A stretch of 64,000 nt of DNA from Candidatus Moraniibacteriota bacterium (GTDB lineage Bacteria; Patescibacteriota; Minisyncoccia; Moranbacterales; UBA2206), in NCBI GenBank assembly GCA_963775955.1, contig CAVZKT010000002.1:160474-224473 (forward strand). Reading direction: 5' to 3'. Made by a program: the position numbers and the translations under genes. Of this stretch, positions 47,602 to 57,444 are shown piece after piece (positions within the stretch are counted from its first letter, which is position 1; each line of letters begins with the position of its first letter). The notes under the pieces were generated by a model. It saw only the letters and a program-made list of their open reading frames with translations. It ran no database searches and was not told where the DNA came from.

Positions 47602-48342
47602 TTGCATTGCTTGATTATAGACTTATACAAAATAAAAAATAAGCAAAAAACGATGAGTAAAAAAGCGATTATAATTGGTATTTTGGTTTTAATACTGCTT
47701 GCCGGTGGTTTATTTTGGTTAATAAGTAAAAAGGAGAGTAAAATTGAGCCAGTAAGTAATCAAAATGAGTCATTACAGCAGGGGTCAGTAAATAATCAAG
47801 GTTCGCAACAAGGGATAGATACGAGCGATTGGAAAACCTATATTAATAATGACTATAAGTTTAGTTTTAAGTATCCAAATTCTTGGAAGGTTGATTCTAT
47901 AACACCAAGTGATATGGGAGGAAAATGGTTTTCTGTTGCTCCTGAAAAAAATTCCAATAATGATGGATTAAAATTTGAATTCGCTGTCTTTAATTTTGGA
48001 AAACCATTTAAATCTGAAAATACGCCTGATTCTTGGTATAAAAATAATATTGAAAATCCAGACATAATTTCTGGATATAAAGGAGAAACAAGAAATTTAG
48101 AAATAAATGGCAATCCAGCTTATTATGTGGAGGAAATAAAAGATTCATTTAATAATGGTATCAGTTATACAAATAAAATATATGTGATTTCTCATAACGA
48201 CATAGTTATTCACATTAGATTTGAGGAGAGAATAATTTATTATAAAGATACTGAGGGAAAAAACATTAAAAAAGATCTTAATTATTCTAATTACTTGTCT
48301 AATTTTAATAGTTTTGTTAATTCAATAGAATTTGCGAATTGA
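47602..48342 (+). CDS. hypothetical secreted/membrane-anchored protein (246 aa)
   Basis: Signal-anchor IIIGILVLILLAGGLFWLI. No family recognised. Confidence 0.5.
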   Translation: MHCLIIDLYKIKNKQKTMSKKAIIIGILVLILLAGGLFWLISKKESKIEPVSNQNESLQQGSVNNQGSQQGIDTSDWKTYINNDYKFSFKYPNSWKVDSITPSDMGGKWFSVAPEKNSNNDGLKFEFAVFNFGKPFKSENTPDSWYKNNIENPDIISGYKGETRNLEINGNPAYYVEEIKDSFNNGISYTNKIYVISHNDIVIHIRFEERIIYYKDTEGKNIKKDLNYSNYLSNFNSFVNSIEFAN

Positions 48343-48392
48343 GAATATTTTGATAGATAATTGTAACTTAACAATTCAAAGAGGAGGAAGAG

Positions 48393-49514
48393 ATGAAAAA
48401 GTTAGCGCTATTGATGTTGTTTCTTGTGGTTTCAGTCATATTGGTTGATAGCCCATTATACGCAGCGGTAAATCAGGACTATGAGGATGACAAGGGTCCT
48501 TCACAATCATGTCCTGATGTAGGGCAAGTATCAGATTCATGGTGTTTCTATACCTGCAATTGCACCTCATACGTTGCGTGGAAATTGAACGAGTATTTTA
48601 CAGAGAGGTCGGCTTCCAATCCGCTCTTCACGAATTCGTATTATGGGCTTTATTGGGGTCACGCATATAACTGGAAACGATTGGTTGATAACGAAACATT
48701 TGCTCATTACAATAGAACACCGGAATATCTATCATCAAACAGCCCGTCATATCCATGGAAGTTCTACGGAAACGGGGGAGTGTTTGATGTAAGAGCTGCA
48801 GTCGCTTGGTGGGATAGTAGTGGCGGTGCCTGTGGTAGTGGTGGTTTGAGTTGTGGCCATGTTGCCTTTGTTGAAAGTGCAAACTGGAACGATGGAGTGG
48901 TTGAAAGCATAGTTGTGTCAGAATATAACTTTAACAGCCCCTTGCAATATACCGCGAGCAGAACTTTATATCCGGGAACATCCAATTACCCTGACGGTTT
49001 TCTGTATATTGTTACAGATACCTTTCAGGAATGCGATTTGACCGGATTATGTCAAGGTAGCGGCAGTTGTAGCGGAGGAAGTGGTGGAGGATCCGTTCCT
49101 GACTTTATCGTTAATGATATCTGGCTGGAAAACCAATTAGGACAAACTAAAACCGTCTTTCGTCCAGGTGAAACAATTACAATGAAGGCAAAGATTAAAA
49201 ATGTCGGAACCAACAGTCCGATGGGTATTGAAGCCAAGTTTTATCTTTCCAACGGCGAAGAAGTAGATTCAGACAAAGAGCCAAAAGAAACCGTCAATAT
49301 TGATGAGAATGATCTGGAAAGCGGGGAAACGCACACCACAGCAGAAGAACTCTTTGCTCCCAGCGCGCGAGGCACATACAACATCACAGTCTGTGCTGAT
49401 ACCGATGAGGAAGTAGAAGAAGAACATGAAAGAAACAATTGTTCGGACGAGGCAGTTTTTAGAGTTGATGATTTTGCTTGGCTGGTGCCGATTATTAATC
49501 TTATCTTGCAGTAA
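48393..49514 (+). CDS. secreted CHAP-domain peptidoglycan amidase/peptidase with Gly/Ser linker and C-terminal CARDB-like domain
   Basis: Signal peptide. CNCTSYVAWKL ... GHVAFVESANWNDG (Cys/His CHAP). CSGGSGGGS linker. Ig-like C-terminal domain. Confidence 0.6.
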   Translation: MKKLALLMLFLVVSVILVDSPLYAAVNQDYEDDKGPSQSCPDVGQVSDSWCFYTCNCTSYVAWKLNEYFTERSASNPLFTNSYYGLYWGHAYNWKRLVDNETFAHYNRTPEYLSSNSPSYPWKFYGNGGVFDVRAAVAWWDSSGGACGSGGLSCGHVAFVESANWNDGVVESIVVSEYNFNSPLQYTASRTLYPGTSNYPDGFLYIVTDTFQECDLTGLCQGSGSCSGGSGGGSVPDFIVNDIWLENQLGQTKTVFRPGETITMKAKIKNVGTNSPMGIEAKFYLSNGEEVDSDKEPKETVNIDENDLESGETHTTAEELFAPSARGTYNITVCADTDEEVEEEHERNNCSDEAVFRVDDFAWLVPIINLILQ

Positions 49515-49538
49515 AAAAAGGAATAAGGAGGAACAGCC

Positions 49539-49886
49539 ATGAAAAAAGTACTTATCATTGCAGTAATGCTCGCTTTATTGGTACCCTCAATGATTTTCGC
49601 CGAAGGCATTGCTAACACTTTCAGCGTGGATTATGTCAGGATAAGCTCTGATGGACGGGGATTCGTGTTTTTCACTTCTGATCTGGATGGCACACCGCCG
49701 TCTTGCACTGAAACAAACTATGCAAATTCTCTGGCTTTTGATACCTCAACAACCGGAGGCAAAGCCATCTATGCTTTGGTTCTTACTGCCAAAGCCAGTG
49801 GAAAAAAAGTATATGCCAAAGGCACGGGAACCTGCACCGTCTATACGTTAGCAGAAAACTGGTCGTGGGGCAGAATCGAAGAATAG
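49539..49886 (+). CDS. hypothetical small secreted protein (115 aa)
   Basis: Signal peptide MKKVLIIAVMLALLVPSMIFA. RBS AAGGAGG upstream. Confidence 0.55.
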   Translation: MKKVLIIAVMLALLVPSMIFAEGIANTFSVDYVRISSDGRGFVFFTSDLDGTPPSCTETNYANSLAFDTSTTGGKAIYALVLTAKASGKKVYAKGTGTCTVYTLAENWSWGRIEE

Positions 49887-50151
49887 GTCAATAAGAAAAC
49901 GAGCAACAAAAAAGGGAGAGGTTAGTCAGAAACTGTGACGCCTCTCTTTTATATTAGACTTAATTTTTTAGAAATATTAAACTAGATCTGGAATATAAAC
50001 ATACTCCTTTTTCTGCACAAAAATAGTTCTAACATCCTTGACTACCCCGTGCTGATATCTAAAACGCTTGTGCAAAGCGTTTTTGTGTTTTTGGCTGTGT
50101 GCATAACTTTTAAATCTTTTTGTGGTATAATAAAAATATAATTTATAATCC

Positions 50152-50197
50152 CTGTTAAATAGGTTCCGTTTCACGGAATTTAACAGGGTTAACGGGG
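50152..50197. repeat. Family B hairpin element copy B2 (CCCTGTTAAAT ... ATTTAACAGGG)
   Basis: Perfect 11-12-nt inverted termini around a short hairpin. Followed by a TAACGGGG (family A-like) motif. Confidence 0.6.
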
Positions 50198-50211
50198 TAA
50201 AAACAAAAAAT

Positions 50212-50679
50212 ATGAAGATTTATTCAATCGTTATCACAATTATTGCGGTTATTGCGATTGTATTTGCCGGCTTTTTTTACTTGCAGACAAGCAAATTTTC
50301 CCAATTAGCGGCAAGTTGCCAAAAAGACAACAAACTTTGCCAGACTGACAAATCAGGACTGGAAAAACAGGTGACGCAGGCGAATGGAAAATTATCCAAT
50401 CTGCAAAAGACAACGGATGTTTTAAATGCCGCGGCCAATTCTTTTATGTTCGCGGGCGATATGAAAGCCGGAGCAGTTGGTTCCCGGGAAGCAGCCGAGG
50501 TTGAACAGAAAATAAACAATATGACGGATAAAGGGGATCACATGGAAACGGAAAAAAACTGGAATGATTTTAAAACTACACTGCGCTTCAATCCTTTTTT
50601 CGGGCTTTTGCGGGGCCTGGTTCAAAGTTTAGACCGGAATTTGTCGCAGCAGCCCGGAAATCAGGCGCCGCTCCAATAA
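50212..50679 (+). CDS. hypothetical membrane-anchored coiled-coil protein (155 aa)
   Basis: N-terminal TM; Q/K-rich helix. Confidence 0.45.
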   Translation: MKIYSIVITIIAVIAIVFAGFFYLQTSKFSQLAASCQKDNKLCQTDKSGLEKQVTQANGKLSNLQKTTDVLNAAANSFMFAGDMKAGAVGSREAAEVEQKINNMTDKGDHMETEKNWNDFKTTLRFNPFFGLLRGLVQSLDRNLSQQPGNQAPLQ

Positions 50680-50702
50680 ATAGGAATACTTTAAAAGAAT
50701 TT

Positions 50703-51758
50703 TTATTTTGCCAGTTTTTTAATTTCTTTCATTAACTCGGCTAGGATTTTGGATTCCGGCACGGTTTTTATGACCTTGCCCCTGACAAAAATAGCTCCGC
50801 ATTTTTTACCGCCTGCAATCCCAATGTCGGCCTCGCGCGCCTCACCGGGGCCATTGACAACACAGCCCATCACCGCGACTTTGATGGGTTTTTTAATTTT
50901 TGTGAGCGCCTTTTCAACTTTAGAAACCAAGTCTATGAGATTTATTTCGGTTCTCCCGCAAGTCGGGCAGGAAATAAGTTCCGGTCCGCGTTGCCGCAGT
51001 TCCAGCGCTTTTAAAATAGCCCAGCAGGTTTTTATTTCCTCAACCGGCGAGGCGGTAAGGGAAACGCGGATAGTCGCTCCAATCCCTTTATGCAATAATA
51101 TTCCAATGCCGATGGCATTTTTAATTGATCCCATGAAAACCGTGCCGGCTTCGGTTACGCCCAAGTGGAGCGGATAAGGAACTTTTTTGGCCAGCATTTG
51201 ATAGCCTTCTATCATGCGCGGCACATCGCTGAATTTTATGGATATGACGATATCTTTAAAATTCAGTTTTTCCAAAATACGCACATGGCGCAGCGCCGAT
51301 TCAACGGCAGCGCGCGGAGTGGCGCCGTATTTTTCCAGTAAATCTTTTTCCAATGATCCCATATTCACGCCGATACGGATCGGAATTTTTTTCTTTTGGC
51401 ACGCTTCAACTACTGCTTTGATTTTTTCCGGCGAGCCGATATTTCCAGGATTGATTCTTACTTTATCTATGCCTTGCCGAATTACTTCCAAAGCTAACTT
51501 ATGATCAAAATGGATGTCGGCGACGAGCGGAATATGAATTTGCTTTTTTATTTTTCCGATAACTTTGGCGGCGGCCATATCCGGAACCGCGACACGGATA
51601 ATTTCACAGCCTTCTTTTTCCATTGCCAGGATTTGCCGGACTGTGGCTTGGACATCGCGCGTGTCCGTATCGCACATGGACTGGATGCGGACAGGATTAT
51701 TCCCGCCCAGTTTCAGGTTTCCAATCTGAACGATTTTTGAAAGATATTTTTTAGGCAT
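50703..51758 (-). CDS. ispG: 4-hydroxy-3-methylbut-2-en-1-yl diphosphate synthase IspG (GcpE), MEP pathway
   Basis: Full-length. ...[30 protein letters not shown] ... CPTCGRT ... GCVVNGPGE cysteine ligands. Confidence 0.85.
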   Translation of the reverse strand: MPKKYLSKIVQIGNLKLGGNNPVRIQSMCDTDTRDVQATVRQILAMEKEGCEIIRVAVPDMAAAKVIGKIKKQIHIPLVADIHFDHKLALEVIRQGIDKVRINPGNIGSPEKIKAVVEACQKKKIPIRIGVNMGSLEKDLLEKYGATPRAAVESALRHVRILEKLNFKDIVISIKFSDVPRMIEGYQMLAKKVPYPLHLGVTEAGTVFMGSIKNAIGIGILLHKGIGATIRVSLTASPVEEIKTCWAILKALELRQRGPELISCPTCGRTEINLIDLVSKVEKALTKIKKPIKVAVMGCVVNGPGEAREADIGIAGGKKCGAIFVRGKVIKTVPESKILAELMKEIKKLAK

Positions 51759-51807
51759 ATGAAGATTTATTTAAAATACTCTGAAATTATAGTAGAAAAA
51801 GGGCAAT

Positions 51808-51836
51808 TTGACAAAAAACAAATTTCCACATATAAT
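51808..51836 (+). promoter_or_regulatory. consensus promoter TTGACA-17-TATAAT upstream of the KH-trmD operon (~105-nt leader)
   Basis: ttgacaaaaaacaaatttccacatataat. Confidence 0.65.
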
Positions 51837-51946
51837 ATGCCTGAAAGCAAGTTACGGAGGCCAGCCAAATAGGTGAGGCAAAGGATGCCAGGTCGAACTT
51901 CCATTATCCGCCAGCTTTCAAGATAATAAATCAAAGAATCACCAAT

Positions 51947-52258
51947 ATGGCAGATCAAGACAGGGATTTTGTTGAATATGTTGTCAAACAAATAGTCAAC
52001 AATCCGGACGCTGTTAAGGTTGACAGAAAAATCGATGAAATGGGCGTTCTTATTTCTTTGGACGTAGCTCCGGAAGATATGGGAATGGTTATCGGTCGAG
52101 AGGGCGCAACCGCCAAGGCTCTCAGAACCCTTCTGCGGGTTATCGGCGCAAAAAACAATGCCCGGGTAAACCTCAAAATCAACGAACCGGAAGGTTCCGA
52201 GAGAAAGCCACGGGAGCAGAGAAGCATTGATGAAGTTGTCGGAGGCATTGAAGTTTAG
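51947..52258 (+). CDS. KH-domain RNA-binding protein (KhpA/YlqC family)
   Basis: VIGREGATAKALRTLLRVIGA (GxxG KH core). Conserved position upstream of trmD. Confidence 0.7.
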   Translation: MADQDRDFVEYVVKQIVNNPDAVKVDRKIDEMGVLISLDVAPEDMGMVIGREGATAKALRTLLRVIGAKNNARVNLKINEPEGSERKPREQRSIDEVVGGIEV

Positions 52259-52322
52259 GTTAAAAATCAGTATTTTGTTTAGACAAAAAGGCCGCAAAAC
52301 GGCTTTTTTGTTTTGATAAAAT

Positions 52323-53039
52323 GTGGTAAGATTAAATCGCATGCGCTTTGAAATAATTACAATTTTTCCAGAAATTTTTAATTCCTATTTTTCGGAATCA
52401 ATAATTAAGCGCGCCCAAAAAGCGGGGCTGATTGACGTTGGAATTAATGATTTACGGGATTTTACAACTGACAAGCACAAAACGGTGGACGACACGCCAT
52501 ATGGCGGCGGAGCGGGAATGGTGCTCAAAATTGAACCCATCTGGCGATGTGTCCAATTTATAAAATCCAAAATCCAAAATACCAAATTCCAAATAAATCC
52601 AAAATCCAAAACTCAAAATTCAAAAACGCGGATTATTTTATTTTCCGCCAAAGGAAAAAAGTACACGCAGAAAGATGCCAAGAGACTGGCTAAATATGAT
52701 AATTTAATTTTAATTTGTGGGCGCTACGAAGGTGTAGACGAACGGGTGGCAAAATATATTGCCGATGAAGAAATTTCCATCGGCGATTTTGTGCTGACTG
52801 GCGGAGAAATTCCGGCGATGATCTTGGTTGATTCAATATCCAGGTTAATTCCGGGGGTTTTGGGGAATATTGAAAGCGCCAAAGAAGAATCGCATAATAT
52901 TGAAGGTTATTTAGAGTTTCCCCAATACACAAAGCCGGAGATTTATAATAAATGGAAAGTTCCGAAAATTTTGCTTTCCGGAAACCATGAAGAAATAGAA
53001 AGATGGCGGAAAAAACATTCTAAAATTTTAGGAGCTTAG
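52323..53039 (+). CDS. trmD: tRNA (guanine37-N1)-methyltransferase TrmD with an in-frame microsatellite-encoded insertion
   Basis: [13 protein letters not shown]...[16 protein letters not shown] ... insert [21 protein letters not shown] ... [12 protein letters not shown]...GDFVLTGGE. Confidence 0.85.
   Translation: MVRLNRMRFEIITIFPEIFNSYFSESIIKRAQKAGLIDVGINDLRDFTTDKHKTVDDTPYGGGAGMVLKIEPIWRCVQFIKSKIQNTKFQINPKSKTQNSKTRIILFSAKGKKYTQKDAKRLAKYDNLILICGRYEGVDERVAKYIADEEISIGDFVLTGGEIPAMILVDSISRLIPGVLGNIESAKEESHNIEGYLEFPQYTKPEIYNKWKVPKILLSGNHEEIERWRKKHSKILGA
52558..52625. repeat. AAATCCAAA-type microsatellite inside trmD (in frame)
   Basis: aaatccaaaatccaaaataccaaattccaaataaatccaaaatccaaaactcaaaattcaaaa. 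Confidence 0.8.
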
Positions 53040-53058
53040 CTCCTGATAAATGTAACTT

Positions 53059-54165
53059 ATGGCAAATAATGAAAATAAAGCCGACAGAATATTATTGTAT
53101 CTCACTTTCGCGCTGTTGGTTTTTGGATTGATTATGGTTGCTTCGGCCGGGATTGGCTATTCGCGCAGCCGGTTTGGAGATTCATATTTTTTCTTCAAGC
53201 GACAGTTATTGGGAGTCTCTATTGGCTTGATTATTTTATATCTGACACAGAAAATAAATTATAATTTTTGGAAAAAAATATCCTTCCCTTTTTTTGCGTT
53301 AAGCGTGATTTTTTTAGTTCTGGTTTTTGTTCCTGGAATCGGATCAAAAATTTATGGCGCTAATCGATGGATTCAGTTGGGCATTATTTCTTTTCAGCCC
53401 TCAGAAATGCTAAAATTATCACTCATTATTTATCTGGCGGCGTGGCTGGAAGGGCGGGGAGAACGAGCCCGCGATTTTTTTGAAGGTCTGCTGCCGTTTG
53501 TGACGATTATGGCGGCAATTGGTTTTTTACTGATAAAACAGCCGGATATGGGGACGCTTGGCGTGACGGTTTTAATAGCGATGACTATTTATTTCATAAA
53601 TGGCGCGAAAATTTCCCATATACTTCTTCTGGCGCTGGGCGGTTTTTTGAGTTTTTATACGCTTATGAAAACCGAGAGCTATCGCATGGATCGCTTTTTG
53701 GTTTTTTTACATCCGGAACTAGATCCTCAGGGCGTTGGATATCAAATAAACCAGGCGCTGTTGGCCATTGGATCAGGCGGAATTTTAGGCGTCGGTCTCG
53801 GGCATAGCTTGCAAAAATTTAATTATTTGCCGGAACCGGCCGGCGATTCCATATTTGCTATAGTAGGAGAAGAGCTGGGGTTGATTGGAGCCGGGTTTTT
53901 GATAATTCTTTTTGTCGCGCTGTCTTTGCGCGGGTTGCGGATCGCGCGCAACGCTCCGGATATTTTTTCAAAATTATTGGCCGTGGGAATTGTGGCGTGG
54001 ATATTTTTTCAGGCGTTTATAAATATTGCGGCCATATCAGGGCTGATTCCTTTAACTGGAGTGCCATTGCCGTTTATCAGCTATGGCGGGACCTCAGTGA
54101 TATTTTTAATGGCGGGAATAGGGATATTATTGAATATATCTAAGCAAGCTAATTTAAATAGTTAA
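53059..54165 (+). CDS. ftsW: SEDS-family peptidoglycan glycosyltransferase FtsW (dcw-cluster position upstream of murG-murC)
   Basis: GVGLGHSLQKFNYLPEPAGDSIFAIVGEELG; PLPFISYGGTS. Confidence 0.85.
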   Translation: MANNENKADRILLYLTFALLVFGLIMVASAGIGYSRSRFGDSYFFFKRQLLGVSIGLIILYLTQKINYNFWKKISFPFFALSVIFLVLVFVPGIGSKIYGANRWIQLGIISFQPSEMLKLSLIIYLAAWLEGRGERARDFFEGLLPFVTIMAAIGFLLIKQPDMGTLGVTVLIAMTIYFINGAKISHILLLALGGFLSFYTLMKTESYRMDRFLVFLHPELDPQGVGYQINQALLAIGSGGILGVGLGHSLQKFNYLPEPAGDSIFAIVGEELGLIGAGFLIILFVALSLRGLRIARNAPDIFSKLLAVGIVAWIFFQAFINIAAISGLIPLTGVPLPFISYGGTSVIFLMAGIGILLNISKQANLNS

Positions 54166-54181
54166 TCAAAAAAATTCACCC

Positions 54182-54333
54182 TGTTAAATAAATTTTGCTA
54201 GAACCTGCCTGCCGGCAGGCAGGCAAAATTAAGATTTGAGAAAAAAACAGGAGAATTAAAAAATAAATTTTAATATTAAGAAAAATAAGTTGTTTCTATA
54301 AAACATAGACTTAAATCTTATTTAACAGGGTAA
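54182..54333. mobile_element. Family B element copy B3 (13-nt perfect TIR CCCTGTTAAATAA) containing GC palindrome cctgcctgccggcaggcagg (54204-54223)
   Basis: ccctgttaaataa ... ttatttaacaggg. Sits between ftsW and the murG ATG. Confidence 0.7.
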
Positions 54334-55439
54334 ATGCGTATTGTTTTAACAGGCGGGGGAACAGGAGGGCATTTGATTCCTTTAATCAATGTTGCCAAAA
54401 AAATAAACGAAAAAATCGGGCGAAGTTGAATTTTTATTTATCGGTCCCGAAGGAGCTTTAGAAGAAAAGCTGATAGCAAAAGAAGGTATAACTGTTAAAA
54501 AGATTCTAGTCGGAAAAATGCGGCGGTATTTTTCTTTAAAAAATTTTCTGGATATTTTTAAAATTCCAATCGGAATAATCCAGTCCCTGTGGGCCCTTTT
54601 GATGTTTATGCCGGATGCTATTTTTTCCAAAGGCGGATTTGCTTCCTTTCCGGTAGTTTTGGCTGGCTGGCTTTATCGCATACCCATTTTCATCCATGAT
54701 TCTGATTGCGTGCCGGGCCTGGCCAATAGCATTTTGGGAAAACTGGCGACACGCGTGGCGGTTTCCTATCCGGAGGCAGAGCGGGAATTTACGCCGGGAA
54801 GAGTTGCTTTAACGGGAAATCCAATTAGCGATGACATAAACCAGGGAGATCCGGAAGAGGCGCGAAAAATGTTTTCTCTCACCGATATTAAAAAAACCAT
54901 ATTTGTCTACGGCGGTTCGCAGGGAGCGCAGCTGATTAATAACAAAATTATTAAAATTCTTCCCCAGCTTCTTAAAAAATATCAAGTGATCCATCAGACC
55001 GGAGAAAAAAATTATGAAGAAGTTGTGCACAAGGCCGGGCAACTGGGGATCAAGGCCGGACGCGACGGCTATTATCCAGTTGCATTTATCCATGATGAAC
55101 TTAAGGATATTTTGGCTGTGGCTGATTTGGTCATATCGCGCGCCGGAGCCAACTCGCTTTCGGAAATCGCGGCCAACGGCAAACCGGCAATTATTATTCC
55201 TATTGAGCATTCGGCTAACAACCACCAGCGAATGAACGCCTATTCAATTTCCAAAGCCGGAGGTTGCATCGTGTTGGAAGAATCAAATTTGGGAGAAAAT
55301 ATTTTTCTTTCCCGCGTTGAAGAAATTCTTGCAAAACAACGAATTAGCCGGAAAATTATCTCAAAATATCAAGCAATTTTACCATCCGGATGCGGCTGAC
55401 AAAATAGCCGATGGCATTATTGAAATAATTAAAAAATAA
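54333..55439 (+). CDS. murG: UDP-GlcNAc:lipid I GlcNAc transferase MurG, two apparent 1-nt indels (~54420 at an A6/G3 run; ~55335 at an A4 run)
   Basis: MRIVLTGGGTGGHLIPLINVAKKI; second frame EVEFLFIGPEGALEEKL...; C-terminal tail NNELAGKLSQNIKQFYHPDAADKIADGIIEIIKK found in the +1 frame. Confidence 0.8.
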
Positions 55440-55441
55440 TT

Positions 55442-56848
55442 ATGCTGGATTTATCCAAGATCAAAAAAGCGTATCTTATCGGCATCAAAGGCGCCGGCAT
55501 GGCGGCGGTGGCGGAAATTTTACATGGGCGCGGAGTTAAGGTTTCTGGATCGGATACGAGTGAGAAATTTTTTACCGACGAAATTTTGGGGAAAAATAAC
55601 ATAAAATATTTTGAAAAATTCTCCACTGATAATCTTCCTGCCGACGCGGATATAATTTTATACGCTACATGTTATGGCGAAGATAACAATGTGGAACTGG
55701 CGGAAGCGAGAAAAAGAAATTTAAATATATTAAGCTATCCCGAAATTTTAGGTGAATTATTCAAGGAAAAAATGGGCATTGCGGTTTGCGGGACGCACGG
55801 CAAAACAACCACAACTGCGCTTTTGGCTGAATGTTTGCGCGTGGCCGGAATTGATCCGGGTGCGATTGTCGGCAGTAAGGTTATTCAGTGGCAAGGAAGT
55901 TCACTGGCCGGCAACGGGAAATATTTTGTGGCTGAAGCAGATGAATATCAAAATAAATTGCAATACTACAATCCATTCGCGGTGATACTTACCAATGTTG
56001 ACTGGGATCATCCGGATTATTTCCCGACATTTACTGAATACAAAAAAGTATTTGCTGATTTCGTGGCGCGCATTCCCAAACACGGATTTTTGACGATCTG
56101 GGGAGACAGCACGGATACGCTGGATATTTCTAGGCAGGCTAGGTGTGAAATTTTGTCCTATGGTTTTTCTGAAGATTGTGATTATACAATTTTCAATTTT
56201 CAATTTTCAATTTTCAATGAAATTCTAAATTCCAATGACCAAAACTTTCAAAAATTTGATTTAAAATTTAAAGAAAAAAGTTTGGGGACATTTGAAATAA
56301 AATTAGTTGGCAAGCATAATGTCTTGAACGCCGCGGCGGCGGTTGCAGTGTGCCATAAACTGGGAGTTGATATGGAAAAAGTGCGCGAGGCTCTCAAAAA
56401 TTTCCAGGGAACAGCGCGGCGGTTTGAATATATCGGTGAGCGTAACGGCGCGATTCTCATTGATGATTATGCCCATCATCCGGAAGAAATTAAAGCCACT
56501 CTTAAGGCGGCGCGGGAAATTTATCCAGAAAAAAATATTATAACTGTTTTTCATCCGCACACTTTCACTCGCACTAAGGCGTTTCTCCAGGAATTCGCGC
56601 AGAGTTTTAATGATGCTGATCAAGCCATCATCATTGACATTTACGGCAGCGCCCGTGAGGTTCAGGGGGGAGTTTCTTCCAAAGAACTGGTTAATTTAAT
56701 TAATAGATATGATCGCGATAAGGCCAAATATATTCCGACAATTAATGAAGTTATGGAATGCCTGAAAGATAAAATCGGCGCCGGGGACGTTGTCATTTCA
56801 ATGGGCGCGGGGGATGTGTGGAGGGTGGTCAGTCAGTTGAAAATATAA
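55442..56848 (+). CDS. murC: UDP-N-acetylmuramate--L-alanine ligase MurC with an in-frame microsatellite insertion (56189-56220)
   Basis: IGIKGAGMAAVAEIL; GTHGKTTTTALLA; insert FNFQFSIFNEILNSN encoded by (attttca)n; GTARRFE. Confidence 0.85.
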   Translation: MLDLSKIKKAYLIGIKGAGMAAVAEILHGRGVKVSGSDTSEKFFTDEILGKNNIKYFEKFSTDNLPADADIILYATCYGEDNNVELAEARKRNLNILSYPEILGELFKEKMGIAVCGTHGKTTTTALLAECLRVAGIDPGAIVGSKVIQWQGSSLAGNGKYFVAEADEYQNKLQYYNPFAVILTNVDWDHPDYFPTFTEYKKVFADFVARIPKHGFLTIWGDSTDTLDISRQARCEILSYGFSEDCDYTIFNFQFSIFNEILNSNDQNFQKFDLKFKEKSLGTFEIKLVGKHNVLNAAAAVAVCHKLGVDMEKVREALKNFQGTARRFEYIGERNGAILIDDYAHHPEEIKATLKAAREIYPEKNIITVFHPHTFTRTKAFLQEFAQSFNDADQAIIIDIYGSAREVQGGVSSKELVNLINRYDRDKAKYIPTINEVMECLKDKIGAGDVVISMGAGDVWRVVSQLKI

Positions 56849-56891
56849 AAATTATTCTTTATAATATAAACAAAGATGCAGGCTCTCCCGT

Positions 56892-56921
56892 ATTCCAGTA
56901 TACGGGAGAATGGTAATAATT
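56892..56921. promoter_or_regulatory. palindromic operator-like site copy 1 (ctcccgtattccagtatacgggagaatg) upstream of the TrpR/YerC-like gene
   Basis: Dyad cccgtat-n5-atacggg. A second copy lies at 57391-57419. Confidence 0.5.
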
Positions 56922-56942
56922 GTAATTTTTTAGCACAATTAA

Positions 56943-57386
56943 ATGTCTGGAAAAGTCAGATATCACGAATTATCAGAGGATGAAAAGAAAAAATATTTGG
57001 GCGAATTTTATTCAGTGGTAGCGCTCATAAAATCGAGAGATCAGGCCAAAAGATTTTTCAAGGATCTTTTAACTCTAAGTGAGATTGTTATGATTTCTCG
57101 GAGAATTCAAATTGCCAAAATGCTATTGGAAGGATACACGCAGGAAGGAATTAGAAAAAAATTGAAAGTCGGCTTCACTAATATAAGCCAGGTTGAAAAG
57201 TGGCTCAATAATGGTTTTGGCGGATATAGAGAGCTTATAAAAGAATATAAAAAGAAATATAAAACAAAAGATGAATTTGAAAAGTACGGCCACTCTCCTT
57301 TTTCAAGGGAATGGGTTGGTAGTAGATATCCGGCTTACTATTTGCTTTCAAATATTATAGGTAGTATTGGAAAAAACAAAAAATAG
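56943..57386 (+). CDS. TrpR-like YerC/YecD-family DNA-binding protein
   Basis: LLTLSEIVMISRRIQIAKMLLEGYTQEGIRKKLKVGFTNISQVEKWL, a TrpR/YerC-type HTH. Confidence 0.6.
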   Translation: MSGKVRYHELSEDEKKKYLGEFYSVVALIKSRDQAKRFFKDLLTLSEIVMISRRIQIAKMLLEGYTQEGIRKKLKVGFTNISQVEKWLNNGFGGYRELIKEYKKKYKTKDEFEKYGHSPFSREWVGSRYPAYYLLSNIIGSIGKNKK

Positions 57387-57390
57387 CATT

Positions 57391-57419
57391 CTACCGTATT
57401 ACAGTATACGGGAGAATGT
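57391..57419. promoter_or_regulatory. palindromic operator-like site copy 2 (ctaccgtattacagtatacgggagaatg) upstream of the HExxH gene
   Basis: 25/28 identical to copy 1, same orientation, ~25 nt upstream of the next ATG. Confidence 0.5.
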
Positions 57420-57444
57420 GAAACAATAATATTTTTATAAATAT

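Noticed and set aside
51840-51946. rpsP (S16) expected upstream of the KH-trmD genes.
   Set aside because: All three frames of the ~105-nt leader contain early stops. No S16-like sequence is present. Treated as an untranslated leader.
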